The notes beneath the pieces were generated by a model. The model saw only the letters and a list, made by a program, of their open reading frames with translations. It searched no databases and had not been told where the DNA came from. Below are positions 44,278 to 50,745 of a stretch of 50,745 nt of DNA, piece by piece (the first letter of the stretch is position 1; the number at the start of each line of letters is the position of its first letter). The DNA is taken from the IMG/VR virus record IMGVR_UViG_3300045988_077113; one strand, given 5' to 3'. A program made the translations under genes and the position numbers. Source of the DNA: a virus.

Positions 44278-44697
44278 ATGGGAAATATGCGAAGATACGG
44301 GGCGCCCGGAAATCCCGAAACCGACGAAGGACGGGAACAACGAAGCGGTCTGATAATTCTTCAAAGGTCAAAAGACCTTATGAAATATCTGTACACTTCC
44401 TTTGTGAAATATCCCAGAAGTGAAAAGCTGGGGTTTGTAGCAGACTATAAAAAGTGTCTGTTCCAATTCCTGATTCTTATAATCACGGCGCAAAAGAAGT
44501 ATTTCAAAAAGACGACACTTCAAGACGCGGACGTTCAGCTTGAATTATTGCGAATGTTCAATGATTTGTCGTATGACATGAAATTTGTAGACGAAAAGCG
44601 TTACATACTGGTTTCAGAAAAGTTATGTGAAATCGGGCGGCTACTCGGCGGCTGGATCCGATCACAAAAGGAAACCAGCACAACCGCCGGAAAATAA
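44278..44697 (+). CDS. avd: DGR accessory variability determinant (Avd, four-helix-bundle family)
   Basis: 139 aa, basic, helical. C-terminus EKLCEIGRLLGGWIRSQK. Position between the target gene and TR. Confidence 0.8.
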   Translation: MGNMRRYGAPGNPETDEGREQRSGLIILQRSKDLMKYLYTSFVKYPRSEKLGFVADYKKCLFQFLILIITAQKKYFKKTTLQDADVQLELLRMFNDLSYDMKFVDEKRYILVSEKLCEIGRLLGGWIRSQKETSTTAGK

Positions 44698-44719
44698 TTT
44701 CCGGTAGAGGGAACAGGTC

Positions 44720-44840
44720 AAAAACGCTTGCCGATTGTCTCTGGCAGTTACAACAACACTTCGAACGCTGGCCCTTCCGCGTTGAACTTGAACAACCCAC
44801 GTTCGAACGTCAGGACGAACATCGGCTTCTTCTCCGCTTA
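44720..44840 (+). repeat. DGR template repeat (TR)
   Basis: Non-coding copy of VR1/VR2. It carries A at every position where the VRs differ. Begins 23 nt after the avd stop. Confidence 0.9.
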
Positions 44841-45051
44841 TCCTTTTAGCCAGACGGGAAAGTTTACGGACTTTTCACAGTGCAAGAAAGGGAAAAGGGA
44901 TCTGTTTCAGTTCCGGCCATAGCGCCGGAGAAATTAAATTTGCTGATAATGCGGTTAGTACCTGGCGAAAGCCAGTGAAGGGCGTAACGATCAGTGCCGC
45001 GCCCACGCCGAAAGCAAGGGCGCACAATTCCAACGAAAGGAATTAACCACA

Positions 45052-46179
45052 ATGAAGACTTTCGACATTACGCACGAAGAAATCATCGACCCGTCGAACC
45101 TACTTGAAGCGGATCGCAACGCTTCCCAGGGCAAGCACAACCGCGACGAAAACTTGAAATTCTCCGCGCATAGGGAAGAAGAAATCATTGATCTCACGAA
45201 TCGACTAACATACTACCCGAAAGACGGGATCCCAGGGAATCCGCTTGAATCGTCCTATCGTGTCGGTAAGTACCGCATGAAACAGATTTATGAGCCGAAG
45301 CCCCGAATTATCATGGCTTTACAGTACCGGGATCGTGTCGTTCAATGGGCGTATTACCAGAAACTAAACCCTTTATTCGACCGGCAGTATATAACGCATA
45401 GTTACGGTTGCCGGAAGGGTAAGGGAACCGTCAAGGCAAGAAAACAGTTACAGATCTGGCTTCGGAAGGTCAACCGGAGTCCGAAACACTGGTACGTCTT
45501 AAAACTTGACATTGCAAAATACTTTTACCGCGTCGATCACGAAATCCTTATGAAGATCTTGAAAAAGCACATCAAGGACGAACTGATTCTTCGCGACCTG
45601 GATAAACTGATAAATTGCGAACATACCGCCTTCGGCCTTCCTTCCGGCGTCCAGCCGGAGTTGTGCAAGCAAGAAGACTGGTTATACAATCGCGGTATGC
45701 CGATCGGAAACCTGACAAGTCAAATGTTCGCGAACATTTACTTGAACGAATTGGATCAGTTTTGTAAACACGTTCTTCATATCGAAAAATATATTCGGTT
45801 TGTAGACGACGTGATCGCACTTTTTGACAGTAAGGAAAAGGCGTTCGCGGCAAGGGATGAAATCGAAAGATTTCTGAATGAGGAATTGCACCTTGAATTA
45901 AATAACAAGACATCAATCCGGCCGGCTTATCTTCCGGTAACATTTGTCGGCGCCCTTATTACGCCGCTGACAATCCGTGTTCGAAAATCGACACGACAAA
46001 GAATGTATCGCCGGATCCGGTTCATTCAGAAAATGTTTGAAATGGGCCGGCTTACATGGGAGAAAGTCAACAACACCATGCAAAGTTATTTCGGTCTGAT
46101 AAGCCACTTCACGGCCGGAAACCTTCTCCGAAAGATTATTGACGAATTTTCTTTCCGGGTTCCAGATAACAATTCATAG
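45052..46179 (+). CDS. DGR reverse transcriptase
   Basis: RT motifs PRIIMAL, SYGCRKGKG, LDIAKYF, the DGR-typical MPIGNLTSQMFANIYL, and catalytic YIRFVDDV. Confidence 0.9.
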   Translation: MKTFDITHEEIIDPSNLLEADRNASQGKHNRDENLKFSAHREEEIIDLTNRLTYYPKDGIPGNPLESSYRVGKYRMKQIYEPKPRIIMALQYRDRVVQWAYYQKLNPLFDRQYITHSYGCRKGKGTVKARKQLQIWLRKVNRSPKHWYVLKLDIAKYFYRVDHEILMKILKKHIKDELILRDLDKLINCEHTAFGLPSGVQPELCKQEDWLYNRGMPIGNLTSQMFANIYLNELDQFCKHVLHIEKYIRFVDDVIALFDSKEKAFAARDEIERFLNEELHLELNNKTSIRPAYLPVTFVGALITPLTIRVRKSTRQRMYRRIRFIQKMFEMGRLTWEKVNNTMQSYFGLISHFTAGNLLRKIIDEFSFRVPDNNS

Positions 46180-46234
46180 CCTGGCATTTTACCAGGTTAT
46201 TTTTGTCTAATAATCAGGAAAGGGGGTTCACGGT

Positions 46235-46498
46235 ATGGAAGCAGAATTTGAAAGAGAAGTTCTTGATCGACTTATCAAGATTGAAGGAAAACTTGACGGT
46301 TACAATAACGCAAAAGTCAAGACCTATGAGAACGAAAAAGAAATTCTTCGAATCAAAAGCGATCTTGAAGACGTCCAGAAGACCGTCACAGATCTTACTG
46401 AATCGAATAAATGGCTTTTCCGAACTGTCGTGGCGGCTATTATCGTCGCGGCCATCGGACTTTTAACAACCATTGTTCGAACCGGCGTCGGATTATAA
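46235..46498 (+). CDS. xhlA: XhlA-family lysis-associated membrane protein
   Basis: Coiled-coil N-terminus and a single C-terminal TM (VVAAIIVAAIGLLTTIV). Located upstream of holin and endolysin. Confidence 0.65.
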   Translation: MEAEFEREVLDRLIKIEGKLDGYNNAKVKTYENEKEILRIKSDLEDVQKTVTDLTESNKWLFRTVVAAIIVAAIGLLTTIVRTGVGL

Positions 46499-46536
46499 CT
46501 GAAAACTATTTTTACACCAGAAGGGAGAAAAACAAC

Positions 46537-46860
46537 ATGAACATTGAATTTATCATCGAAAACGCTTCAAAAATTATCCTGATTGTGGCCGCAATCTGTA
46601 CATTGATTTCGGTTATCACAGAGTTTACAAAGGGGATCGGCTTCCTGGACAAGATTCCGACAAAGTTCCAGGTTCTTATTCTGTCTCTTGTAATTTGCGT
46701 GATCGGCTTCTTTGCTTACCTGTCTTACGCGTCAATCGCGTTCGTATGGTATTACCTGGTAGCTGTCATTTTCGCGGCGTTCATCGTGGCGATCGTGTGT
46801 TGCAAGGGCTGGGACTATTTGTTCGAGATCTGGGCCAGATTTTACAGAAAGAAGGACTAA
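46537..46860 (+). CDS. Holin
   Basis: 107 aa with three hydrophobic segments and a charged C-terminus. Immediately upstream of the endolysin. Confidence 0.7.
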   Translation: MNIEFIIENASKIILIVAAICTLISVITEFTKGIGFLDKIPTKFQVLILSLVICVIGFFAYLSYASIAFVWYYLVAVIFAAFIVAIVCCKGWDYLFEIWARFYRKKD

Positions 46861-46863
46861 TCA

Positions 46864-48651
46864 ATGTCGGAAAAAGATTTTGTTACCAAAATCGCGCCGT
46901 ATGCCATAAAAGACGCGGAAGCAAGCGGAATACTTGCTTCCGTAACAATGGCACAGGCAATTTTAGAAAGCGGTTACGGCTCTACTGACCTGGCCGTGAA
47001 CGCGAACAACCTTTTCGGGATGAAGTGTTCTTTAAGTGGGAACACCTGGAAAAGCGTCTGGGACGGTACTTCGAAATATACGAAGACCACAAAGGAACAG
47101 AAGAAGAACGGCGAAGAATATTCCGTCGTTGCCGATTTCCGCGCATACCCGGACATTCAGGCCAGTATAAACGATCATTCGCTTTACTTGCTGGGCGCCA
47201 TGAAAGGAGCCGCAAAGCGGTATGAAGGACTTTCGGGCGAAACAGATTACAGAAAGGCGATCCAGATCATCAAAAACGGCGGCTACGCCACTGACGTAAC
47301 ATACGTTGAAAAGATCTGTTCCATCATTGAACGATGGGAACTTCACAAGTACGATGTAAAGGAGAGTGAAGACAAAATGAGTATTGAAATCAAAGAAAAT
47401 CTTTTAACAAACAGCCCTTGTTATAAGGACGGCCGCAGAATTACACCGGGCGGCGGTATGCTTCACAGTATCGGTTGTCCACAGCCAGATCCGAAGGTTA
47501 TCGCGAATAATTTTTCCGTTTCAACGGGCGCGTGTGTCCATGCGGTCGTCGGAAAAGCCGCGGTCGTTTTACAGCTTTTACCGTGGAACTTCCGCGCCTG
47601 GCATTGCGGATCCGGTTCGAACGGAAGCGGAAACAATTCACTTATCAGCATTGAAATGACAGAACCGGCGACTATTAAGTACACGGGCGGTTCTTCCTGG
47701 ATTGAAACAGGCGACGGAAGCAACACGAAGGCCCATGTCCTGGCAACCTACGCGAACGCTGTCCAGTTCTTCGCGTACATCTGCAAGAAATACGGCTTCA
47801 ATCCTGAAAACAGCAATGTTTTAATGAGCCACCGCGAAGGCCACGCGAAGGGAATCGCTTCGAATCACGGCGATCCCGAACATATCTGGAACAAATACGG
47901 TCTGACAATGGATCAGTTCCGAAAGGATGTTAAAAAGGCAATGTCCGGCCAGACCGTCACAACCGTTCCTTCCGCGCCAGTAGACAACACCAGCGACGAC
48001 AAGAGCAACCAGAAGATTAACGCCCTGAACGGAACTGTTACGGTCATTTACAAGGGCGCTGACGGCCTGAATATCCGAAAGGCGCCTAGCTACACAGCCG
48101 CCGTCGATCAGATCGTACACGAAGGCGTGTTCACGGTTGTTGGAATTTCCGCCGATGAAAAGTGGTACAAGCTGAAAAGCGGCCTGTTCATTACCGTGAT
48201 CCCGGATTATGTTTCCTTCAAGGCCACCCAGGAACAGAAGGAAAGCACAGCCGGAACCGGCTATTTCCGTGTTCGTAAGTCCTGGGACAAGGCCGACACC
48301 CAGATCGGCGCCTTCAAGCAGAAGGAAAACGCGATCGAACTTTGTAAACAGAATAGCGGTTACAAAGTCTTCGACAATTCAGGAAAAGAAATTTATCCTT
48401 GCGTTGCCGCCGCGAATGAATCCTTCGTGTTCCGCGTGAAGATTCCTGATTTACGGATCAGAAAAGGCCCTGGCACAACTTACGACTACCACAAGAAAAA
48501 CGGCCAGGCGGTACACACTGGCGTCGGATCCTTTACCATCGTAAAGACGAAGGAAGGCCCAGGCGCGAAGTTGTGGGGCTTGTTAAAGTCCTACGCGACG
48601 AACGAAGACGGCTGGATCGCCCTTGACGATGAATACGGTTCACGGGTGTAA
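46864..48651 (+). CDS. Multidomain endolysin: GH73 glucosaminidase + Amidase_2 + SH3b/SPOR-like wall-binding repeats
   Basis: AQAILESGYGSTDLAVNANNLFGMK (glucosaminidase) and AWHCGSGSNGSGNNSLISIEMTEP...SHREGH (amidase). C-terminal SH3-like repeats. Confidence 0.85.
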   Translation: MSEKDFVTKIAPYAIKDAEASGILASVTMAQAILESGYGSTDLAVNANNLFGMKCSLSGNTWKSVWDGTSKYTKTTKEQKKNGEEYSVVADFRAYPDIQASINDHSLYLLGAMKGAAKRYEGLSGETDYRKAIQIIKNGGYATDVTYVEKICSIIERWELHKYDVKESEDKMSIEIKENLLTNSPCYKDGRRITPGGGMLHSIGCPQPDPKVIANNFSVSTGACVHAVVGKAAVVLQLLPWNFRAWHCGSGSNGSGNNSLISIEMTEPATIKYTGGSSWIETGDGSNTKAHVLATYANAVQFFAYICKKYGFNPENSNVLMSHREGHAKGIASNHGDPEHIWNKYGLTMDQFRKDVKKAMSGQTVTTVPSAPVDNTSDDKSNQKINALNGTVTVIYKGADGLNIRKAPSYTAAVDQIVHEGVFTVVGISADEKWYKLKSGLFITVIPDYVSFKATQEQKESTAGTGYFRVRKSWDKADTQIGAFKQKENAIELCKQNSGYKVFDNSGKEIYPCVAAANESFVFRVKIPDLRIRKGPGTTYDYHKKNGQAVHTGVGSFTIVKTKEGPGAKLWGLLKSYATNEDGWIALDDEYGSRV

Positions 48652-48683
48652 TACACTTTAGAATTTTGAATTTATAACAAATA

Positions 48684-48726
48684 TTTACAACTTACACTTT
48701 ACAGTTTATAAAATGTATGATACAAT
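48684..48726 (+). promoter_or_regulatory. Tandem promoters; the first shares the operator-in-spacer architecture
   Basis: TTTACA-17-TATAAA (48684..48712), with TACACTTTACAGTTTA spanning the spacer and the first two bases of the -10. TTTACA-17-TACAAT follows at 48698..48726. Confidence 0.55.
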
Positions 48727-48898
48727 GGGCGCAAGGGAAGGGGGTATAAGGGGGAAACAAAATCCCCGGCCGATTCCCAGGCAGAACAGGCGGCGCGGAA
48801 ATGCCCGTCTGAACGCGCCAGCCGCCCAGATTTGCGTTTTAATGCCGTAAGTGGACAAATACACAATAAGCCCCGGAAAATCCATTTCCGGGGCTTTT
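48719..48898 (+). ncRNA. Candidate structured ncRNA (~170-180 nt)
   Basis: Promoter(s) upstream. GC-rich internal hairpins (GGGG-N9-CCCC; GGCGGCGCG-N16-CGCGCCaGCCGCC). Strong terminator. No SD-led ORF. Confidence 0.4.
48870..48898 (+). terminator. Intrinsic terminator
   Basis: GCCCCGGAAA-atcca-TTTCCGGGGC followed by TTTT. Confidence 0.75.
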
Positions 48899-48916
48899 AT
48901 GCGTTTATGGGATATA

Positions 48917-48966
48917 TTCTGATATTCTCTGACAAACTCTGATTTATTCTGATTTACTCTGATCCT
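48917..48966 (-). repeat. Second cluster of five 10-bp iterons, inverted relative to 9596..9685
   Basis: CTGAT/CTGAC at 48919, 48929, 48939, 48949 and 48959. Reverse complements include exact TAAATCAGAG and TAAATCAGAA units. Confidence 0.75.
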
Positions 48967-49174
48967 TCTTTTTCAGGGTGGCGTCGTTCACAATTTCGAT
49001 GAATTGTGATTCCGGAATTCCGGTCGCCTTCGAAAATAAATCAATATACCGGCAATAATCGGCGTGACAGCGTTTGAAGTCTTCCTTGTCATCCGAAAAG
49101 ATCGCCTTTTCCATTTTCTCATACGCGCCCACCGTCTTTTCGACGGCGGCTTCAAATGCTTCTTTCCATTCCAT
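48944..49174 (-). CDS. Hypothetical protein (76 aa)
   Basis: ORF downstream of 49218..49670 on the minus strand. Its 3' end overlaps the iteron cluster. Confidence 0.5.
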   Translation of the reverse strand: MEWKEAFEAAVEKTVGAYEKMEKAIFSDDKEDFKRCHADYCRYIDLFSKATGIPESQFIEIVNDATLKKKDQSKSE

Positions 49175-49217
49175 GATTCTTCCTTTCCAGGCGGCCGGCC
49201 TGGCCGCCCTGTTCTTA

Positions 49218-49670
49218 TTATGCTAATATTTCCGAAGCTACTTGTCTATAATGTTTCTGAATTGCGGTTGACGTCTTCACGGCCTGGCTGTCTTCGCCAT
49301 AGTCCCAGGCTTCGCGCTGGATCTGATCGGTGAGATCTTCGGCCATCTGGTCAAAGTGTGCGGCAACTTCTGAACGGTCAATTTCGGTTCTGATTTCGAT
49401 TGTTGCGTGTTCCTTGTTCCAGGTTCGCGCTTCGGCGGCTTTGAACCGGTCGCTGATGAAAATTCCGATCGGCCAGAAACAAAGGTTGTGCTTCGCCTGG
49501 CTGATTTTGCCGCGCTTTGAAATCTTGCGAAGGCTATGATCGGAGCCGCACCAGTCAGGATCCCCGGCGGAGTGTTCTACGAAGTAAAGTCCATTATCAT
49601 TCTTGAAGAAGGCGTCCTTGATTTCCACGACCATTCCTGTTTTGATTTCCATTCCGTTTTTATCTAACAT
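49218..49670 (-). CDS. Hypothetical protein (150 aa)
   Basis: ORF with SD aagaaaagaggtaatcaaaATG. Downstream of promoter 49704..49732. Confidence 0.6.
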   Translation of the reverse strand: MLDKNGMEIKTGMVVEIKDAFFKNDNGLYFVEHSAGDPDWCGSDHSLRKISKRGKISQAKHNLCFWPIGIFISDRFKAAEARTWNKEHATIEIRTEIDRSEVAAHFDQMAEDLTDQIQREAWDYGEDSQAVKTSTAIQKHYRQVASEILA

Positions 49671-49703
49671 TTTGATTACCTCTTTTCTTTATCTTATGTT
49701 TAT

Positions 49704-49732
49704 ATTATACACTATAAAGTGTAATATGTCAA
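49704..49732 (-). promoter_or_regulatory. Consensus promoter TTGACA-17-TATAAT with embedded operator
   Basis: On the minus strand the -35-to-operator stretch CTTGACATATTACACTTTATAGTGTAT is identical to promoter 1290..1318. Operator at 49708..49723. Confidence 0.7.
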
Positions 49733-49796
49733 GAATAAATGTAAAGAAAATGATTAAAAACAGAAAGAAATATTTTCTATAATACACGGAAAAGTG

Positions 49797-49823
49797 TAAA
49801 AGAAAAGGGCCTTCCGGCCCTTT
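49797..49823 (-). terminator. Intrinsic terminator
   Basis: GGGCC-ggaa-GGCCC followed by TTTTCTTTT on the minus strand. Confidence 0.65.
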
Positions 49824-50070
49824 ATAATTCGGTGACATATTCCATTCCGTCGAAGCTGACGAAGCCGCCGGCGTCCAGGATGGATTGAAGCGCCTTCTTT
49901 CCGCCACACGGAATATAAGGAACCAGGATCCCGAACTGGTCGCGGTCGTTACTGAAAGCGATCCAGCCCTTACCGGCTTCATAGAGCGCCCAGCCGGTCA
50001 CGACTCTAGCAATCTTGTTTGTTCCGAATTTTGTATTTTTAAGTCTTTTGATTTCCATATCTACCACCAT
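49822..50070 (-). CDS. Hypothetical protein (82 aa)
   Basis: ORF with SD gaaaggttaaaATG. Downstream of promoter 50116..50144. Confidence 0.55.
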   Translation of the reverse strand: MVVDMEIKRLKNTKFGTNKIARVVTGWALYEAGKGWIAFSNDRDQFGILVPYIPCGGKKALQSILDAGGFVSFDGMEYVTEL

Positions 50071-50115
50071 TTTAACCTTTCTACTGGATGTTTATTTCCT
50101 TTGCTTTATGATATT

Positions 50116-50144
50116 ATAATACACTATAAAGTGTAAAATGTCAA
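50116..50144 (-). promoter_or_regulatory. Promoter TTGACA-17-TATTAT with embedded operator
   Basis: Operator TACACTTTATAGTGTA (minus-strand reading) at 50120..50135. Confidence 0.7.
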
Positions 50145-50191
50145 GTATAAATGTAAAGAAAACGATTAAAAAAGAAAGAAATATTTTCAAC

Positions 50192-50220
50192 TTGACATTA
50201 TAGAGTGTATAAAGTAAAAT
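50192..50220 (+). promoter_or_regulatory. Promoter TTGACA-17-TAAAAT, divergent from 50116..50144
   Basis: The spacer carries TATAGAGTGTATA, which resembles an operator half-site. Confidence 0.6.
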
Positions 50221-50249
50221 GATACACACAACAGAAAGGGGTTGATCGA

Positions 50250-50468
50250 ATGGATATGAACACGGCGGAAAAGATCCGCTTCCTGGCTGGCCGTCGAAAT
50301 ATGACAATGGGCGACCTGGCGGAAGGAACAAACCAGACGCGACAGAATTTTTCTAACAAAATGACGCGGTGCAATTTCAAGGAATCAGAACTTGCGGAGA
50401 TCGCCGGCGTCCTGGGTTGCGAACTGAAAATTGTATTTGTAGACAAACAAACAGGCGATGAAATTTAA
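50250..50468 (+). CDS. Small XRE-family HTH regulator (72 aa)
   Basis: HTH NMTMGDLAEGTNQTRQNFSNKMTR. SD agaaaggggttgatcgaATG. Confidence 0.7.
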   Translation: MDMNTAEKIRFLAGRRNMTMGDLAEGTNQTRQNFSNKMTRCNFKESELAEIAGVLGCELKIVFVDKQTGDEI

Positions 50469-50498
50469 CGAAAATGTAAGACATGAAAGGAAAAGTTT

Positions 50499-50714
50499 AT
50501 GTATAATAAAATAGATTTGCGCGAAGTTCCGGCTGAAAGGCTGAAAGAAATTAGTCTGGATCTGGTAGACATTGACGTCAAGGCGCCAGAATTCGAACCG
50601 AACAGACAGTTCTATTTCATGGCGAAAGCCAGGGACTACGTGAAGCGGAAGTCCGCTGAATTAGGACGTCCCATGACCTTTTTTACTCAAACATTCGGGT
50701 GTCCGACTGTTTAA
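50499..50714 (+). CDS. 71-aa ORF resembling the N-terminal extension and first motif of a MiaB-type methylthiotransferase (gene fragment)
   Basis: It ends ELGRPMTFFTQTFGCPTV*. TFGC is where the MTTase domain (xTxGCQMN) starts. This rests on recollection, not a search. Confidence 0.4.
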   Translation: MYNKIDLREVPAERLKEISLDLVDIDVKAPEFEPNRQFYFMAKARDYVKRKSAELGRPMTFFTQTFGCPTV

Positions 50715-50715
50715 G
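50686..50715. promoter_or_regulatory. Candidate attP core: near-perfect 30-bp palindrome
   Basis: CTCAAACATTCGG-GTGT-CCGACTGTTTAAG with 11/13 arm matches. Weaker T-rich symmetry extends to about 50673..50727. Confidence 0.35.
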
Positions 50716-50745
50716 AAAACAAGACGTTGCAATCTATTTGAAAAT
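50691..50745. repeat. Terminal direct repeat, identical to 1..55
   Basis: Exact identity read directly. Confidence 0.95.

Larger units (their letters stand above)
1..50745 (+). mobile_element. Complete temperate tailed-phage genome (contractile tail), circular assembly
   Basis: Lysogeny, partition, replication, lambda-like head, P2-like tail and lysis modules are all present. The ends overlap by an exact 55-bp repeat. Confidence 0.9.

Noticed and set aside
44728-44922. Track ORF of 64 aa (MPIVSGSYNNTSNAGPSAL...) between avd and the RT gene
   Set aside because: It is the translation of the DGR template repeat, a copy of the target C-terminus. It has no SD and runs into unrelated sequence. 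TRs are non-coding templates.
45052-46179. Reverse transcriptase considered as a group II intron or retron RT
   Set aside because: There is an adjacent Avd gene and a TR with two adenine-mutagenised VRs. The DGR-type IGxxxSQ motif is present. No maturase or endonuclease domains, intron RNA context or msr/msd-like structure were seen.

Overview
The window is a complete, circularly assembled temperate tailed-phage genome. About 50,690 bp are unique, and the first 55 bp are repeated exactly at the end. Strong AGGAGG-like ribosome-binding sites and a GH73 + amidase + SH3 endolysin with XhlA/holin suggest a Gram-positive, Clostridia-like host; this is inference. Layout: an accessory arc spans the circular junction (48.6 kb to 2.1 kb). 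A lysogeny module follows at 2.1-5.9 kb, with a large serine recombinase, a SWIM protein, a CI-like XRE repressor and a switch region. The early region (6-20 kb) holds a tubulin-type tubC-tubR-tubZ partition cassette, a replisome organizer, a DnaC-like loader, SSB, a radical-SAM protein and a frameshifted Dam methylase. A small tyrosine recombinase sits at 20.4 kb. The head module is lambda-like (Nu1/A/W/portal/protease-scaffold/D/E, 21.3-28.2 kb) and the contractile tail and baseplate are P2-like (30.3-41.8 kb), followed by fibre genes and lysis genes (46.2-48.7 kb). The most notable element is a complete diversity-generating retroelement (target-avd-TR-RT, 43.1-46.2 kb). Its 121-bp template repeat differs from two variable repeats only at template adenines. 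One variable repeat lies in the adjacent fibre-module gene. The other lies about 36 kb away in a paralogous gene of the early operon, next to the partition cassette. Other signals: a second, inverted copy of the centromere-like 10-bp iterons at 48.9 kb; a family of near-identical promoters with an embedded 16-bp palindromic operator across the accessory arc; two orphan promoter-terminator units (candidate sRNAs); a G10 tract that breaks the Dam methylase; a heptamer iteron array plus promoter-proximal terminator ahead of the late genes; and a candidate attP palindrome at the end of a miaB-like 5' gene fragment. All calls come from reading the sequence and the ORF track. No database search was run.
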